Source: an uncultured Candidatus Saccharibacteria bacterium
GTDB lineage: Bacteria > Patescibacteriota > Dojkabacteria > SC72
NCBI GenBank assembly: GCA_964403155.1
Contig: CAYOEG010000003.1
Span: 21,400 to 85,399 of the forward strand
Length of the DNA: 64,000 nt
Reading direction: 5' to 3'
Shown: positions 30,179 through 38,387 of the stretch, piece by piece
Layout: each line of letters begins with the position of its first letter
How positions within the stretch are numbered: position 1 is the stretch's first letter
Position numbers and translations under genes: made by a program
Notes under the pieces: generated by a model
The model's database searches: none
The model's input: only the letters and a program-made list of their open reading frames with translations
What the model was told of the DNA's origin: nothing

Positions 30179-30730
30179 TTAGAACTTTATCTCAATATTT
30201 TTCTTTTCTTCCTCGGATGCCTCAAAGAAAGGCTCTGCTTTGAACCCAAGGATATTTGCAATTATATTGTTTGGGAAGACGACAATCATAGTATTAAAGT
30301 CTCTAACAGTTCCATTGTAGAATCTTCTTGATTTCTGAAGTGTATCTTCTAATTCCTTAAGGCTTGTTTGAAGCTCTAGGAAGTTTGTATTAGCCTTTAA
30401 TTCAGGATAATTTTCTGCGAGTGCGAATATCTTAGAGAGTCCCTTTGATAACTGATCTTCTAACTTCGCTTTTTCCTCAAAAGAACCAGCAGTCATAGCT
30501 TGTGTTCTTAATTCTGTAACTGCAGAGAATGTCTCTTTCTCATGCTTCGCGTAGCCCTTTACTATTTCTACCAAATTGGGAATCATATCGTATCTTTGTT
30601 TCAAGATTGTCTCAATATCTGCAGAGGCTTCACCTATGACAACTTTCTGCCTGGATAGCTTGTTGAATAGACCTATTACAACAAGTGCGACTAGAAGGAC
30701 AACACCCAATATTATATATAGAGCGGTCAT
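30179..30730 (-). CDS. LemA family protein
   Basis: N-terminal TM helix plus KQRYDMIPNLVEIVKGYAKHEKETFSAVTELRTQA, the LemA signature. Confidence 0.7.
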   Translation of the reverse strand: MTALYIILGVVLLVALVVIGLFNKLSRQKVVIGEASADIETILKQRYDMIPNLVEIVKGYAKHEKETFSAVTELRTQAMTAGSFEEKAKLEDQLSKGLSKIFALAENYPELKANTNFLELQTSLKELEDTLQKSRRFYNGTVRDFNTMIVVFPNNIIANILGFKAEPFFEASEEEKKNIEIKF

Positions 30731-30790
30731 GTTTTTATTTTCTTAATTTATCTTTTTATATTTTAGATATTATTATGTCCTAATGCAATA

Positions 30791-30820
30791 TATAAAAGAA
30801 ACCCCTCATTACGAGGGGTC
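30791..30820 (-). terminator. Rho-independent terminator of the lysine-rich protein gene
   Basis: On the minus strand, GACCCCTCGTAATGAGGGGT (a 6-bp GC stem) is followed by TTCTTTTATA, 28 nt after the stop. Confidence 0.6.
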
Positions 30821-30847
30821 CTACTAGCTATGAATTAAAGAAAATGG

Positions 30848-31033
30848 TTATTTCTTTTTCTTCTTTGCTACTTTCTTTGTAGCTTTCTTTTTTACCACCT
30901 TCTTTACAGTCTTCTTAGCAACTTTCTTCTTTGCTACCTTTTTGACTGCTGGCTTCTTAGTAACTTTTTTCTTTGTTACTTTCTTAGCCACTTTCTTTTT
31001 AACAACTTTTTTTGTTGTTTTACCTTTGGGCAT
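30848..31033 (-). CDS. Lysine-rich histone H1-like small basic protein (61 aa)
   Basis: MPKGKTTKKVVKKKVAKKVTKKKVTKKPAVKKVAKKKVAKK... is built from KK(V/A)xKK repeats. It is followed by its own terminator. Confidence 0.55.
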   Translation of the reverse strand: MPKGKTTKKVVKKKVAKKVTKKKVTKKPAVKKVAKKKVAKKTVKKVVKKKATKKVAKKKKK

Positions 31034-31096
31034 TTTATTTAAGGTAATAAGATTATTACTTTAATTTAACATGTAGGAGATATATGTCAATACTTC

Positions 31097-32098
31097 CTAC
31101 TTAAGTGACATGTGTATTGTAAATACTGTGTAACAGAGGTACGTAAAAATCATAATGAAGCCGGAGAGTCGACTTAAGGTTTTCATTCTCCCAAGCAATT
31201 TCATTTCGGCAAGGATAAGAATTACAACAATTGCTCCATAGATATTTACAAAGACAGTATCATTGATGACCCCATCACTAACGGGGATTTGTCTCATGAC
31301 GGATAATATTCCAATTCCTAACCCAAGGTTAAGTACATTACCACCGAAAACATTTCCCACGATAAGATCATTGTTGTTTGTTTTCGCTGCAACAATGCTA
31401 GCTACAATAGTCGGGATTGATGTACCTATACCTACAAGTGTAAGACCTAATAGATAGCTACTAATACCCGTGACCTCAGAAAATATTGGGGTCAACATTG
31501 TGATTCCAAGGGATGTGGCGAGAAGCAGAAAAACAAGAAGCCCAATACTTAGCAATTCTTTTCCAACAGATTTTGCATTTGTTTTGTGATCCTTTAGTCC
31601 TATTACATTTTTGAAATCTTCCTCGACTTCTTTATTCTTGTGAAGAAAACCATATTGAATAATTATTACCCCAGCAGAAACTAGAAATATGATTAAAATA
31701 ATACCATCTGTAAGTGTTAACTGTCTGTCGATTATTAATGCTGTAAAGAGAGCTGTAATGGCAAAATAAAGAGGGATTTCCTTCTCAAAAACCTCTTGCT
31801 TCACCATAATAGTAGTCATGAATGCGGGGATGCCTAAAGCAAGCCCAAGATTAACATAGTTTGTACCGATAAGATTACCCAGTGCAATGTCAGGTTGATT
31901 GTTCACAAATGCCATAATACTAACAAGAAGAGTTGGCGCTCCGGTAACAAAAGCCGTCAATGTTGTTCCTATGATTACATCACTGACGCCAATATTTTTG
32001 GCAAGTTTTATAGATATATTAACCAGTGCTTTGCCACAAAATGTTAACACAACAAAACATAGGATGAGACCTAGTGTAGAAAGTAGTAATGGTGACAT
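31097..32098 (-). CDS. Ca2+/Na+ antiporter (CaCA family, YrbG-like)
   Basis: Two alpha-repeats (GTTLTAFVTGAPTLLVSI...GNLIGTNYVNLGLALG and GTSIPTIVASIV...GNVFGGNVLNLGLGIG). The start was moved to the ATG at 32098 because the track start overlaps tRNA-Pro. Confidence 0.7.
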   Translation of the reverse strand: MSPLLLSTLGLILCFVVLTFCGKALVNISIKLAKNIGVSDVIIGTTLTAFVTGAPTLLVSIMAFVNNQPDIALGNLIGTNYVNLGLALGIPAFMTTIMVKQEVFEKEIPLYFAITALFTALIIDRQLTLTDGIILIIFLVSAGVIIIQYGFLHKNKEVEEDFKNVIGLKDHKTNAKSVGKELLSIGLLVFLLLATSLGITMLTPIFSEVTGISSYLLGLTLVGIGTSIPTIVASIVAAKTNNNDLIVGNVFGGNVLNLGLGIGILSVMRQIPVSDGVINDTVFVNIYGAIVVILILAEMKLLGRMKTLSRLSGFIMIFTYLCYTVFTIHMSLK

Positions 32099-32125
32099 AT
32101 TTAGCAAGCAGTTATATATAGAGAA

Positions 32126-32199
32126 TCGGGGTGACATGACTTGAACATGCGACCTCTGCGTCCCAAACGCAGCGTTCTAGCCAACTGAACTACACCCCG
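32126..32199 (-). tRNA. tRNA-Pro (anticodon TGG), no CCA encoded
   Basis: The reverse complement reads CGGGGTG-TA-GTTC-AGTTGGCTA-GAAC-G-CTGCG-TTTGGGA-CGCAG-AGGTC-GCATG-TTCAAGT-CATGT-CACCCCG-A. The C1-G72 pair and A73 are typical of tRNA-Pro. Confidence 0.85.
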
Positions 32200-32230
32200 A
32201 TGACTAGGAGGATTTTAACACATCATTAAA

Positions 32231-32259
32231 AAAGAAAAAAGGGAGGTGTATGCCTCCCT
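32231..32259 (-). terminator. Rho-independent terminator of the DUF4870 gene (hairpin flanked by T-runs on both strands)
   Basis: GGGAGG-cataca-CCTCCC followed by TTTTTTCTTT on the minus strand, 22 nt past the stop. On the plus strand it is also followed by TTTTCAAAA. Confidence 0.6.
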
Positions 32260-32281
32260 TTTCAAAATCACAATAAAAGCA

Positions 32282-32617
32282 TTAGATTGCAGACAGCAAC
32301 TTTAGTGCCAATCCAGAAACAACAGGAACATCAAATCTCTCTCCTTTGTATGCCTTTACCATTCCAACAATGATAAGAACCAATGTTAATGGGGCTAATA
32401 ACCAACCGATAACAGGAACCCATGCGAATAATTGTAGGACACCAACTAGTGCAAACTGTGCACCCATGTATCTTACGAACTCATCCTCTTTTTCAACTAA
32501 CATAAGAATTAGGCCAACTATTGGGATACATGCCAATACAGCCATCCACTGATTCTTTGAGTTGTACTTAATTCCGTCTAATGTATAGACTTTTTTAGCT
32601 TTTTTCTCTTCTGCCAT
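32282..32617 (-). CDS. DUF4870-like small membrane protein
   Basis: The pattern W..VLACIPIVGLILMLVEKEDEFVRYMGAQFALVG...VPVIGWLLAPL matches DUF4870. The start was placed at MAEEKK (32617); the track ORF extends to 32659. Confidence 0.45.
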   Translation of the reverse strand: MAEEKKAKKVYTLDGIKYNSKNQWMAVLACIPIVGLILMLVEKEDEFVRYMGAQFALVGVLQLFAWVPVIGWLLAPLTLVLIIVGMVKAYKGERFDVPVVSGLALKLLSAI

Positions 32618-32675
32618 AGTAACAAGATATAAATTAATATCTTTAGGATACAAGTACATTTCTGATTTTGCAAGG

Positions 32676-32748
32676 GGTATACTACAGGTACTTGCATGGG
32701 TATACTGTACTGGTATACTTAGGTATACATAAATTATTAGTGGTATAC
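32676..32748. promoter_or_regulatory. Cluster of five GGTATAC heptamers (core palindrome GTATAC) in the lexA promoter region; candidate operator array
   Basis: GGTATAC occurs at 32676, 32699, 32712, 32722 and 32742. The last copy is the 8-bp palindrome GGTATACC, 2 nt before the lexA ATG. The region is divergent from the DUF4870 gene. Confidence 0.4.
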
Positions 32749-32750
32749 CT

Positions 32751-33407
32751 ATGGGAGATATATTGACTGAAAAACAGGAATTGGTTTTGAAAGCAATCAG
32801 AGATTTCTTTCTTGAGAATTCCTATGCACCTTCTTTAACGGAATTACAAAGGATCTTAGGTATTACAACGAAGAGGGGTGTAGTAATACACTTGATGGCT
32901 TTAGAGAGAAAGGGGTATATCATTAGAACTAATGAGCCTAGAGGTATTAGATTGATAGATGATACTGAAGAAACAATATCTTTCGAATATATGGTCGGTA
33001 TACCTATTCTAGGGTATGTAAATGCAGGGACACCACTAGTAAACGCGAATGAGGAAAATCTAGGTATATTAAAAGTTGCCAAAGATATTATTGGGAAGGG
33101 TAAAAAGAATCTCTTCTCAGTAGTTGTTAAAGGAGATTCTATGAACGAAGCAGTGGTTGGTAACACTAAAGTATCTGATGGCAATTATTTGATTGTTGAT
33201 AAGGATGCAGATGTGTCAGATGGTGATATTGTAGTAGCAATAATAGAGAACTCAGCTACAGTTAAAAGAATCAAAAGGCTGGAGGATATGATTGTGTTGT
33301 ATCCGCAATCAAGCAATCCGATACACCAGCCTATTTTCTTAAACTTAGACTTCAATGGGTTAATCAATGGTAAGGTTGTAAGAGTATTGGAGAATCCAGC
33401 TATCTGA
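32751..33407 (+). CDS. lexA: LexA repressor (S24 peptidase)
   Basis: N-terminal winged-helix domain; the cleavage-site region; Ser in VKGDSMNEA and Lys in TVKRIKRL of the S24 catalytic dyad. Confidence 0.85.
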   Translation: MGDILTEKQELVLKAIRDFFLENSYAPSLTELQRILGITTKRGVVIHLMALERKGYIIRTNEPRGIRLIDDTEETISFEYMVGIPILGYVNAGTPLVNANEENLGILKVAKDIIGKGKKNLFSVVVKGDSMNEAVVGNTKVSDGNYLIVDKDADVSDGDIVVAIIENSATVKRIKRLEDMIVLYPQSSNPIHQPIFLNLDFNGLINGKVVRVLENPAI

Positions 33408-34101
33408 TCTCAACACTCTTAACATAGGGTTTTACATTACTTCGTAGTTTTCTTAACTCTTTTTCTGTAAATGAGTTTTGAGTCGAAAGTGATGTATTTA
33501 TAGTTTTCCCTGGGCGAAAATTTTGTATGAAATACAAATTCGCACCATTTATAAGTTCACCAATGCCTACAGACGAGTTAGTATCGTGTATCCCTTTTAC
33601 ATAAGTGGTCCTAAATTCATACTTTATTCCCGAATTCATAATTATCTTTATCGATTCTTTAACTTTTTTAAGGGTATCTGCACCCGTATAGAGTATATAT
33701 CCTTCATCTGAGTATTTTACATCCATGGATATGCAATCAAGCAAACCACTTTTTACAAGGCGCTGTAATCGATCAGGAAGTAAACCATTGGTATCAAGCT
33801 TAACTAGATACCCTAATTTTTTGATCTTTTTTATGAATGAGAGGAGCTCTTTGTAATAGAGCAGAGGTTCGCCACCAGTAATTACCACAGCATCTAACTT
33901 CCCAGATCTGCTCTCGAGATACTTAAGAATTTTCTCTTCGTCGAGTAATCGATCTTTCTTTAGAGGTTCAACGACTAGCTCGGGGTTGTGGCAATATTCA
34001 CAATGCAGATTACAGCCATATGTAAAGACAACTGCCGACAATTTCCCAGGGTAATCAATAAGCGATATTTTTTCAAAACCAACAATATTTAACATCCACA
34101 A
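33400..34101 (-). CDS. nrdG: Anaerobic ribonucleoside-triphosphate reductase activating protein (radical SAM)
   Basis: LIDYPGKLSAVVFTYGCNLHCEYCHNPEL carries the CxxxCxxC cluster motif; ITGGEPLL. TTG or ATG start at 34101/34095. Confidence 0.8.
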   Translation of the reverse strand: MWMLNIVGFEKISLIDYPGKLSAVVFTYGCNLHCEYCHNPELVVEPLKKDRLLDEEKILKYLESRSGKLDAVVITGGEPLLYYKELLSFIKKIKKLGYLVKLDTNGLLPDRLQRLVKSGLLDCISMDVKYSDEGYILYTGADTLKKVKESIKIIMNSGIKYEFRTTYVKGIHDTNSSVGIGELINGANLYFIQNFRPGKTINTSLSTQNSFTEKELRKLRSNVKPYVKSVEIR

Positions 34102-34229
34102 GAATTCATTTTAAAGAATTTTCTATCACCCCATTCCGCTTGTTTTCCAACATTCCATTGACTTATTGGTCTGATATATCCAACTACTCTGGAATAGACT
34201 TCACACCTTTGTCTTGTAACTTTTTTCAT
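34089..34229 (-). CDS. 46-aa ORF encoding the glycyl-radical C-terminal segment of class III RNR (split from nrdD, or a frameshift)
   Basis: The translation MKKVTRQRCEVYSRVVGYIRPISQWNVGKQAEWGDRKFFKMNSCGC matches the NrdD C-terminal consensus R-V-x-G-Y...N-x-G-K-Q-x-E...R (E. coli RRVCGYLG..FNAGKQEEVKRRVKH). It is too short for the ORF track, and its stop overlaps the nrdG start. Confidence 0.5.
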   Translation of the reverse strand: MKKVTRQRCEVYSRVVGYIRPISQWNVGKQAEWGDRKFFKMNSCGC

Positions 34230-34254
34230 AACTAGGACAGTAATAATTTATATA

Positions 34255-36318
34255 TTAAAATTTCTCATTGAATGGCATCCCATCTTGATAGCCAAGCTCC
34301 GCATCACACTTAGGACAATATTTATGCTCCCCAGCGATATACCCATGCTTAGGACACACACTAAAGGTAGGTGTCAGAGAAAAATATGGCAATTTATAGT
34401 TCTCTGCAACCTTCTTCACAAGGTTTTTTACACTCTCAGCGGAGGATATCTTTTCCCCAACATACAAATGCATCACAGTTCCACCTGTATATCTACATTG
34501 GAATTCATCTTGTAAGTCTAGAGCCTCAAAAATATCTTCAGTGTAATTAACAGGTATTTGGCTACTGTTGGTGTAGTAGGGAACAGAACCTGGTCTCTCT
34601 GCAATATCAGCAGCGGTTATTATATCCGGGAACTTCTTCTTATCTGCCTTTGCAAATTTGTATGTAGCTCCCTCCCCGGGGGAAGCTTCTAAGTTGAATA
34701 ATTGGTTTGTTTCTGATTGATAACTCTTCAACTTTTCTCTCATATGATCCATTATCTCTAGTGCAAATTCTCTTCCCTCCTTGGAAGTTATACCTTTTCC
34801 CTTATCTTTAAAGAAATTCATCATAGATTCATTCATTCCTAGAATACCAATAGTATTAAAATGGTTCTTGTAATATTCTCCAAAACGTTTTTTGATATTA
34901 CCTAAATAGAATTTTGAGTATGGATATAGCCCTTTATCAGTGTATTTCTCAATAAATGCTCGTTTGATCATCAGGCTTTCCTTCGCTAAGTCCATTATAT
35001 GATCCAAACGTTTCAAATAATCATGCTTGTTTGTACTAAGATACCCGATTTTTGGCAGATTAATTGTTACTACTCCGAGGCTTCCTGTTAATGGATTTGC
35101 TCCAAAAAGGCCACCGCCTCGCTTTCTTAGCTCTCGATTATCAAGTCTTAATCTGCAACACATACTTCTAGCATCGTCTGGGTTCATATCAGAATTAACG
35201 AAATTCGAGAAGTATGGAATACCGTATTTCCCTGTCATATTCCATACGGGTTTGTAATCCGAATTATCCCAATCAAAGTTCTTTGTAATGTTGTAAGTCG
35301 GGATTGGGAATGAAAAAAGTCTTCCTTGCGAATCTCCTTCCATCATTACCTCGCAGAATGCTTTGTTAAACATTGCCATTTCTTTTGTGAACTCTTTGTA
35401 TTTTTCTTTCTGTACCTTTCCTCCAATAATGATATTCTGTTCTGCAAGTTCTCCTGAAGGAATTAAATCCATGGTTATATTTGTAAAAGGTGTTTGACAT
35501 CCAACTCTTGTCGGTACATTCATGTTGTACAAGAATTCTTGCATTTTTTGTTTAACTTGCTTGTATGACAAATTGTCATATCTAATGAATGGGGCTAAAT
35601 ATGTATCAAAGCTTGAGAATGCTTGTGCTCCTGCAGCTTCATGTTGAAGAGTATAGAAGAAGTTAACACATTGGCCTAAAGCAGCCCCCAAATGTTTCGC
35701 GGGCGCAGAAGATATTTTCCCTGGGACCCCCGTAAAACCTTTCAAAAGCAAATCCTCTAAACTCCAGCCACAACAATATACCGCCAACATACCTAAATCA
35801 TGAATATGGAAATCTTTATCTATATTCGCATTAGAAATCTCTTTGGGATATATACTGTGTAACCAGTAATTTGATTGAACAGTAGTGGAGATATAGTTGT
35901 TTAATCCTTGCCATGAGTATGCCATATTACTGTTCTCATTTACCTGCCAATCAAGTTGATCAATATAACCTCTAACAAGTGTATCTGCATCTATTAAAGA
36001 TTTTATATTCATCACCTGATTCTTCAAATCAACAAACATTCCAAATGCAATGGATGTTTTCCCATGTCCCTCATCAATCAATACCTGTTTTACTACATCT
36101 GCGATTTCTTCTGTCTTAACATACTTTCGTTTGGAGTATTTTTGCACAAGCATATCTACTACTATTGTAGCCATTTCTTTAGCTCTTTTTCTATCACTTC
36201 CACCAACACTCTGGGCAGCTTTGAATATGCCGGTTGCTATTCTTTCTTTTTCAAATTTAACAATTCTTCCATCTCTCTTTCTGACCTGGAACGGGACTAG
36301 CTTTTTCTGGGCAGCCAT
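34255..36318 (-). CDS. nrdD: Anaerobic ribonucleoside-triphosphate reductase (class III), lacking the terminal glycyl-radical loop
   Basis: N-terminal ATP-cone (VRKRDGRIVKFEKERI), catalytic core (CCRLRLD...GGGLFGANPLTGSLGVVTINLPKIGY) and a C-terminal Zn-ribbon (CPKHGY...CPKCD). It ends 25 nt before the small ORF. Confidence 0.9.
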   Translation of the reverse strand: MAAQKKLVPFQVRKRDGRIVKFEKERIATGIFKAAQSVGGSDRKRAKEMATIVVDMLVQKYSKRKYVKTEEIADVVKQVLIDEGHGKTSIAFGMFVDLKNQVMNIKSLIDADTLVRGYIDQLDWQVNENSNMAYSWQGLNNYISTTVQSNYWLHSIYPKEISNANIDKDFHIHDLGMLAVYCCGWSLEDLLLKGFTGVPGKISSAPAKHLGAALGQCVNFFYTLQHEAAGAQAFSSFDTYLAPFIRYDNLSYKQVKQKMQEFLYNMNVPTRVGCQTPFTNITMDLIPSGELAEQNIIIGGKVQKEKYKEFTKEMAMFNKAFCEVMMEGDSQGRLFSFPIPTYNITKNFDWDNSDYKPVWNMTGKYGIPYFSNFVNSDMNPDDARSMCCRLRLDNRELRKRGGGLFGANPLTGSLGVVTINLPKIGYLSTNKHDYLKRLDHIMDLAKESLMIKRAFIEKYTDKGLYPYSKFYLGNIKKRFGEYYKNHFNTIGILGMNESMMNFFKDKGKGITSKEGREFALEIMDHMREKLKSYQSETNQLFNLEASPGEGATYKFAKADKKKFPDIITAADIAERPGSVPYYTNSSQIPVNYTEDIFEALDLQDEFQCRYTGGTVMHLYVGEKISSAESVKNLVKKVAENYKLPYFSLTPTFSVCPKHGYIAGEHKYCPKCDAELGYQDGMPFNEKF

Positions 36319-36341
36319 TATTTGTAGTAGTAAAAATTAAA

Positions 36342-36788
36342 TTATTTTTCTAAATTATCAATTTCCTCTCTAATATCATTCAGATCTTTAAACTCTTTAT
36401 ATACAGAAGCAAAGCGAATGTATGCCAAAGGGTCCTTGGTCTTTAACCAAGCAAGAATCATTTTACCAATCTCTTTTGATGTAACTGGTTCTTCGCTATT
36501 ATTAACATATCTTTCTACACCTTCAGCAAAATCTTCAACCTCTTGAAGGCTAATAGTGTTTTCATTAATTGCCTTCTTTATTCCTTTAACTATCTTGCTC
36601 ACATCGAATGTTTCTAAAGAGCCATCTTTTTTTAATATTGAAATATCCATCTTTTCAATTCTCTCGTATGTAGTAAATCTCTTACCACATCTAAGGCACT
36701 GTCTTCTGCGTCTTGTAGAACTATCTTCGCGGTTGTCTCTTTTGTCTACAACCTTTGTTGTATCGCAAGCACAGAATGGACATCTCAT
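36342..36788 (-). CDS. nrdR: Transcriptional repressor NrdR
   Basis: MRCPFCACDTTKVVDKRDNREDSSTRRRRQCLRCGKRFTTYE is a Zn-ribbon, followed by an ATP-cone. The start was placed at MRCPFC; the track ORF runs 66 nt further upstream. Confidence 0.85.
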   Translation of the reverse strand: MRCPFCACDTTKVVDKRDNREDSSTRRRRQCLRCGKRFTTYERIEKMDISILKKDGSLETFDVSKIVKGIKKAINENTISLQEVEDFAEGVERYVNNSEEPVTSKEIGKMILAWLKTKDPLAYIRFASVYKEFKDLNDIREEIDNLEK

Positions 36789-36796
36789 ATATTTTA

Positions 36797-36828
36797 CACA
36801 CAACATATTGTATGTATGTCCAACATAC
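36797..36828 (-). promoter_or_regulatory. Two adjacent palindromes upstream of nrdR; candidate NrdR boxes
   Basis: ACAAcATaTTGT at 36799-36810 is a near-perfect palindrome. GTATGT-cca-ACATAC at 36814-36828 is a perfect 6-3-6 inverted repeat. Both lie 10-40 nt upstream of the nrdR start, and both resemble the NrdR box acaCwAtATaTwGtgt. Confidence 0.35.
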
Positions 36829-36979
36829 CCCCAATCAGTAGTATGGTCAAGCAACCGATAGTGTGAAAGTCTATAGTATGTTGTTAGAAAAAGAGAAGTG
36901 ATTGTAAAAGAATATTACAGGATTTGACTATGAACTATCCCTTGTGTACCATATGTAATTAAGTTGAGTTCCACAACAG

Positions 36980-37474
36980 ATGATTATTGACCTCAAAGAT
37001 TTCCCTCAAATTAGAAAGCTGACTATCAAAGATAAAAGTTTGGTCTGTACATCGGGTTGGTACGATCCTATACACCCCGGACACATATCATATCTAAGAG
37101 AAGCTAGTAAACTAGCAGATTTTCATATAGCAGTAGTAAATGGAGATATGCAGGCAGTTACCAAAAAAGGGAAGCCTTTTATGCCTGCAGAAGAGAGGGC
37201 ATATATTGTGAATTCCCTTGATTTCGTAGACTTTGTAGTGGTATACGAGCATCCAACAAAATATGACTGTTGTGAAGCCCTGGATATTATTAAACCTGAT
37301 ATTTTTGCCAAAGGAGGTGACCGAGACGTAAAGGCAAAAGTGCCAGAGGCTGAGATAGTAGAAAAGAATGGAGGGACGGTAAGATACAATATTGGAAATC
37401 CAAAGCTGTGGTCAAGCTCAAACTACTTAGAAGAGTGGGTACAGTTTAAAAATTCACAAGCAGTTAACTCTTAA
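36980..37474 (+). CDS. Cytidylyltransferase-like nucleotidyltransferase (TagD/RfaE domain II-like)
   Basis: CTSGWYDPIHPGHISYL contains the HxGH motif. RAYIVNSLDFVDFVV and the KGGD segment are also present. Confidence 0.55.
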   Translation: MIIDLKDFPQIRKLTIKDKSLVCTSGWYDPIHPGHISYLREASKLADFHIAVVNGDMQAVTKKGKPFMPAEERAYIVNSLDFVDFVVVYEHPTKYDCCEALDIIKPDIFAKGGDRDVKAKVPEAEIVEKNGGTVRYNIGNPKLWSSSNYLEEWVQFKNSQAVNS

Positions 37475-38387
37475 CACCACTCAAATATTTAAATATAGCA
37501 TTAGCAGCGATAGCACCCTCACTAACTGCGGATACAACCTGCCTAAAACCATTAGATCCTGTTGTACAGTCTCCAGCAGCCCAAATGCCCTCAATATTAG
37601 TCGCCTGAGACTGATCAACCTTTATATATTTCTTCTCGTCTGTATCTATATTCAGAATATCAGGTAACAGTGAGTTTGGCTCAGACCCTATCTCTATAAA
37701 TATACCATCTAGAGCTAGTGTCTCTTGTTCATTGTAAGGCTTAGATAACCTTACTCTCTCCAATTTTGGTTCGCCCTCAAAACCGGTTGGCAATGTTTCA
37801 AAAAGAACTTCAATATTTGATCTAGAATTCAATTGATCAATCCATATAGGTTCACCACTAAATTCCTTGCCACGATAGATAACATAGACCTTCTTAGCTA
37901 TATCACTTAGCATACATGCAGACATTACTGCGGCATTTTTACCACCAACAACAGCTACTACCTTGTCTTTGTAAAACATAGCATCACATGTTGCACAGTA
38001 TGAGAGACCCTTTCCTAAATATTTCTCTTCATCAGGAAGCATAAGTTTGTTTCTTTCCGTACCTGTAGCTAAGATGATTGTCTTTGCAAAATATTCATTT
38101 TTCCCGTCAGTAAACAGATGGAAAAGAGGATCTTCTTTCTTTACATCAACTACACTTTCATATTTTACTTCTGCACCTTGATCTTTGGCTTGTTTCTCAA
38201 ATTTCATACCTAATTCCATACCAGAGATATCTGGTAAACCAGGGTAATTACAAACCTTATGCGCATCAGAGATTGTTCCCCCTATTATTTTTCCAATAAT
38301 GATATTTGACAGTTTGTATCTACTCGCATATATGCTTGCAGAGTATGCGGCTGGTCCGCTTCCTATTATTGCAATGTCGTATGTCAT
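37464..38387 (-). CDS. trxB: Thioredoxin reductase
   Basis: FAD motif IGSGPAAYSASIYASR, the redox-active CATC, and NADPH motif VVGGKNAA. Confidence 0.85.
   Translation of the reverse strand: MTYDIAIIGSGPAAYSASIYASRYKLSNIIIGKIIGGTISDAHKVCNYPGLPDISGMELGMKFEKQAKDQGAEVKYESVVDVKKEDPLFHLFTDGKNEYFAKTIILATGTERNKLMLPDEEKYLGKGLSYCATCDAMFYKDKVVAVVGGKNAAVMSACMLSDIAKKVYVIYRGKEFSGEPIWIDQLNSRSNIEVLFETLPTGFEGEPKLERVRLSKPYNEQETLALDGIFIEIGSEPNSLLPDILNIDTDEKKYIKVDQSQATNIEGIWAAGDCTTGSNGFRQVVSAVSEGAIAANAIFKYLSGVKS

Noticed and set aside
31069-31098. The hairpin GTAGGAG...CTTCCTAC at the 3' end of the antiporter gene as a terminator
   Set aside because: The stem is imperfect and is not followed by a U-tract on the minus strand. 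It also overlaps the stop codon.
32660-32750. The GGTATAC repeat cluster as a CRISPR array or mobile-element end
   Set aside because: The units are only 7 bp, irregularly spaced by 10-23 bp, and have no spacers or cas genes. An operator array is the better reading.
34102-34254. The 153-bp nrdD-nrdG spacer as non-coding regulatory DNA
   Set aside because: It is almost entirely filled by the 46-aa glycyl-radical-domain ORF, so it is coding rather than intergenic.
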